Positions 60,976 through 64,000 of a stretch of DNA of 64,000 nt are shown here, piece by piece. Below the pieces are notes generated by a model that saw only the letters and a program-made list of their open reading frames with translations, had not been told where the DNA came from and did not search any database. Source of the DNA: Limnochordia bacterium (GTDB lineage: Bacteria > Bacillota > Limnochordia > DTU080); contig JBMNJG010000003.1 of assembly GCA_050951545.1 (NCBI GenBank), positions 192,001 through 256,000 of the forward strand, given 5' to 3'. Each line of letters starts with the position of its first letter. Position 1 is the stretch's first letter. A program made the translations under genes and the position numbers.

Positions 60976-62279
60976 GGTCTGCGAGTACCTGGTACTGGCA
61001 CCTGCACAGGAGGCTGAACGTTCGTTTGCCTCTTCTGCTCAGATGCTGATGGTACAGATGAGGCGGGCTGAGTAATAAGTGCCGATGCCCGAACTGACAC
61101 ACTGGGGAGGTCATGGAGCGTCATAGCCACCACATCGGCCATCAGAGCTGCACTGCGTAAGGCAAACTGCTCGTCATCTATGTAGTTGCCAATCTCCAAA
61201 AGGACCATGTGCGGATGTAGGTGCTGATTGTACCGATTGCTACCAACGACAGGATAGGATCGTAGCAGCCCAGGGTATAGCTCATTCATGCTCTTTTTCA
61301 TCACGTTGGCGACGTGGATATTCTCCGACCAACGCGGGTGTAGCCGTTCGGAATAGCTCACTGGTTTGGTGACAACAACCATGACCTGGGCCATCTTCTG
61401 TGCACCAATATCGCGCACAAACGACACGTTTTGTGCCCCGTCACGGTGCACATCAAGCACGAGGCGAATACTGGGGTACTTCTGCAGAAGCTGCTGCACA
61501 GTGACAGCGGCCCGCTGATACGACTGGGTGTAGCTGGGAAAGTCGTGGATCGCCTTAGAGTGGAGTACCGGAATGCCGTAGCGTTCGCTAAGAGTACGCG
61601 CCAAGGCCTCGCCGACCCGCACCACTCCCGTGTCCGCAGTATTGAAGCGATGGTACTGCTGGGGAGACGATGACACAACCTCACTAGATGCATAGATCTC
61701 TGAGGTATGCGTATGGAAAATCAGCACCAAGGGCTCCCGCCCCCACTCCCTGTTCTGCAGCTTCGCCAATGTCGTGGTCGAGGCGTGGATCACACGAGAC
61801 GATGGCAGCTCGTGGTCAGCAACAGGTTCAGGTTCTTGCTTCTCTCCAGCGAACTCCGTTGGCCTCTCCGGTGCCGGCACGTAGAGACCATAGGGCATGG
61901 CCGCCAAGACAAGCGTCTGGGGTTGCGACATGTCGTAACCGAGAACTACGTACAACCATGAGCGCAGTACGTGACGCCAACCAAAGCGCGGTGGAGGATC
62001 CGGCCCCACCTCAGCCATGGCTGGCAACGTCTGCTGCAGGATAGCCTTGCCTCGCACTGCATCCATGCCTAGCCAACCGTCCACCGCTGGTGCCATACGC
62101 GCTCCTTCGCGGGCGATCTGCCCCACTAGCACACCGAGCCAGGAACTGGTGACTGGCGTAAGCACTAGCAATAAAGGTACCATTACCAGCAGCCATCGAA
62201 TCGCGAAGCCGCCACGTGGCCCGCTCATGTGCCTGCGCAGCAGCCTCATGAAGCGCATCCGAAAAGCTGCGGTCAGCAT
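60972..62279 (-). CDS. spoIIP: Stage II sporulation protein P
   Basis: IFHTHTSE, GVVRVGE, LDVHRD, RYNQHL, LLEIG. Confidence 0.9.
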   Translation of the reverse strand: MLTAAFRMRFMRLLRRHMSGPRGGFAIRWLLVMVPLLLVLTPVTSSWLGVLVGQIAREGARMAPAVDGWLGMDAVRGKAILQQTLPAMAEVGPDPPPRFGWRHVLRSWLYVVLGYDMSQPQTLVLAAMPYGLYVPAPERPTEFAGEKQEPEPVADHELPSSRVIHASTTTLAKLQNREWGREPLVLIFHTHTSEIYASSEVVSSSPQQYHRFNTADTGVVRVGEALARTLSERYGIPVLHSKAIHDFPSYTQSYQRAAVTVQQLLQKYPSIRLVLDVHRDGAQNVSFVRDIGAQKMAQVMVVVTKPVSYSERLHPRWSENIHVANVMKKSMNELYPGLLRSYPVVGSNRYNQHLHPHMVLLEIGNYIDDEQFALRSAALMADVVAMTLHDLPSVSVRASALITQPASSVPSASEQKRQTNVQPPVQVPVPGTRRP

Positions 62280-62315
62280 GTTATCACCTGCCCTGACATA
62301 CAGAAAGCCGCTTAA

Positions 62316-62343
62316 AGCATATGGGAAGCGCTAGCTCTGTATG
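62316..62343 (-). promoter_or_regulatory. Candidate sigmaE promoter of spoIIP
   Basis: CATACA-N14-CATATGCT. Confidence 0.6.
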
Positions 62344-62359
62344 TGTAACACCGGATTAG

Positions 62360-62387
62360 TCTAAATGTCAGGGATCGGCCATAGGCT
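62360..62387 (+). promoter_or_regulatory. Candidate sigmaE promoter of the L,D-transpeptidase gene
   Basis: TCTAAA-N14-CATAGGCT upstream of GGAGGT. Confidence 0.5.
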
Positions 62388-62414
62388 TGTTTTGACGTGG
62401 AGGTGATCGACACA

Positions 62415-63341
62415 GTGTATCATCGTCTTTGGTCACTGACCCTCACTGTCATGGTGCTTTTCGGAGTCTTTATCTGGTGGCAACCTATGCACGCCTGGAC
62501 AGGCACCTGCGGCCTCGAGCCTGGCCCCTTATACCCCGGTCCCCAGGCCAATGCAGGGGAGGTTGCAGAGCTTCAGCAACGACTCCAGAGTCTGGGGTAC
62601 TTCACAGGAAGCATTGATGGAACGTTCGGTCCTACTTTGGAACTCGCTGTGCGCAGATTCCAGAGTGATCAGGGACTAACAGCCAACGGCGCGGTGGGCG
62701 ATGCCACCTGGCTGGCCCTAGCGAGCGGCTCCATACCCGTGAGTAAGAGTTCTCTACCAAAGCCAGAGGGTTCAATGCACTTGGTGATCGATACCCGCAG
62801 CCTGCGACTAACCCTCTTCGTCGATGGCAAGCCCTACAAGAGCTATCCCATCGCAGTTGGCCGACAGAAGAAATGGGATTGGAGCCCTGTCGGCGAATGG
62901 AGAATCGTCAACAAGGGTGTCAACTGGGGCAGCGGATTTGGTACTCGTTGGATGGGACTGAATGTGCCGTGGGGTGTCTACGGCATCCATGGTACCAACA
63001 AGCCCTACAGCATCGGCACGAGAGCTAGCGGCGGCTGCATCCGTATGTATAACCATCATGTGGAAGAGCTGTACAGCTGGATCCCCCTCGGAACCACAGT
63101 CATCATCAGTGGCGACACGCCGCCGATCGCCTTTGGGCGAACACTAACGGTGGGCAGTAGCGGGAAAGACGTCGTCGCGGTGCAAAGCCGTCTGCAAGAA
63201 TTCGGTTTCGCCGTTGGCGGAGCGGATGGCCGTTGGGGACCAGCTTCTGAAGCGGCTGCACGCAGTCTCCAAGAGCTCTACGGTTTGCCCTCCGACGGCA
63301 AAGTGTACACCGACATATACTATATCTTGGGCCTGAAGTGA
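62415..63341 (+). CDS. L,D-transpeptidase (YkuD family) flanked by two PG-binding domains
   Basis: N-terminal hydrophobic segment; LQQRL..LGY..DGTFG; GIHGT..SGGCIRM; second PG-binding repeat DGRWG. Confidence 0.9.
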   Translation: MYHRLWSLTLTVMVLFGVFIWWQPMHAWTGTCGLEPGPLYPGPQANAGEVAELQQRLQSLGYFTGSIDGTFGPTLELAVRRFQSDQGLTANGAVGDATWLALASGSIPVSKSSLPKPEGSMHLVIDTRSLRLTLFVDGKPYKSYPIAVGRQKKWDWSPVGEWRIVNKGVNWGSGFGTRWMGLNVPWGVYGIHGTNKPYSIGTRASGGCIRMYNHHVEELYSWIPLGTTVIISGDTPPIAFGRTLTVGSSGKDVVAVQSRLQEFGFAVGGADGRWGPASEAAARSLQELYGLPSDGKVYTDIYYILGLK

Positions 63342-63363
63342 TGATATCTGGGGGCGAACCAGT

Positions 63364-64000
63364 ATGGCACGCAGACGCTTTCCTGCTCTGCTCATTGCTT
63401 CATTGATCCTTCTGAGCGTGCTCATGGTGCTATGGCAGCCCTGGCTACCTAGACTGAAGGTGGGGTCAGTGCGCATTAACCCAAAGGTGTCGATAAATGC
63501 CAAGAAAGAGTACCGCATCGTGGTCTGGGATTACGAGTTACCGTTGCCGTGGAGCAAAGCCACCTACGAGGAGACTCTAACTCAACGAGCGGAGGCTTTT
63601 CGCCAACAGCATCCCAACATCATCGTCCACGTAGTGCTGCGTCCCTGGAATGAGGGTGACGGAGCGCTTCGTGACGCAGTAGAGCAAGGCGAAGCCCCCG
63701 ACGTTGTGAGCATGCCCGGTGGGGTACGTCTGCTATCGAGTGACTTCCAGGTGCCTCTAGAACACTACTTAGGCATCGATCAGAGAGACGATCTCTTACC
63801 TGCAGCTCGACAAGGAGCGACCCACAAGCATTTGTGGGCCTTCCCCAGCCTGATAAGCCCCGCCAGGTGGGTCATCCGCCTGAATGACACTCTGCCCAAC
63901 CCACTGACGGCTCTAACTTGGGCCCAGTGGACGGAAGCGTTAGCGGAGAACCGAACGAAGACAGGCGGAGGCGGACTCGCCGCGAACGTGCTCGATCCGG
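63364..64000 (+). CDS. Extracellular solute-binding protein-like (family 1), partial
   Basis: Manual translation: MARRRFPALLIASLILLSVLMVLW.., then FRQQHPNIIVHV..W..AVEQGEAPDV; runs towards the window end. Confidence 0.65.
   Translation, partial: MARRRFPALLIASLILLSVLMVLWQPWLPRLKVGSVRINPKVSINAKKEYRIVVWDYELPLPWSKATYEETLTQRAEAFRQQHPNIIVHVVLRPWNEGDGALRDAVEQGEAPDVVSMPGGVRLLSSDFQVPLEHYLGIDQRDDLLPAARQGATHKHLWAFPSLISPARWVIRLNDTLPNPLTALTWAQWTEALAENRTKTGGGGLAANVLDP

Overview
Core-chromosome segment of a GC-rich, spore-forming Bacillota (Firmicutes) genome, almost entirely on the minus strand. Housekeeping blocks: lepA-hemW-hrcA(CIRCE)-grpE-dnaK-dnaJ-prmA-rsmE; mtaB-HIT-rpsU-nfeD-floA-yqfCD-phoH-pgpH-ybeY-dgkA-cdd-era; queA-tgt-yajC-recJ-apt-rel-dtd-hisS-aspS-rarA-mnmA; alaS-ireB-ruvX-mltG-sigK-yqeG-yqeH-aroC-aroKB-aroQ. 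I found no rRNA, tRNA, CRISPR array, IS or prophage. The best candidate for an undescribed system is a plus-strand cluster (43417-48367) sitting between rsmE and mtaB. It contains phoP, phoR, a Pho-box-like promoter, a very divergent fused PstC/PstA-like membrane protein, a PstB homologue that has lost its Q-loop, LSGGQ signature, catalytic Glu and switch His, and an intact phoU, with no pstS. This looks like a catalytically dead Pst pseudo-transporter, possibly kept as a signalling scaffold. Other oddities: a lone membrane-anchored baseplate-J-like gene coupled to ruvX, a split and degenerate yqeH, a disrupted phoR 5' end, a probable CTG start for mtaB, and a SurA/PPIase/TPR foldase. All product calls come from recognising motifs and gene order by eye; no searches were run.
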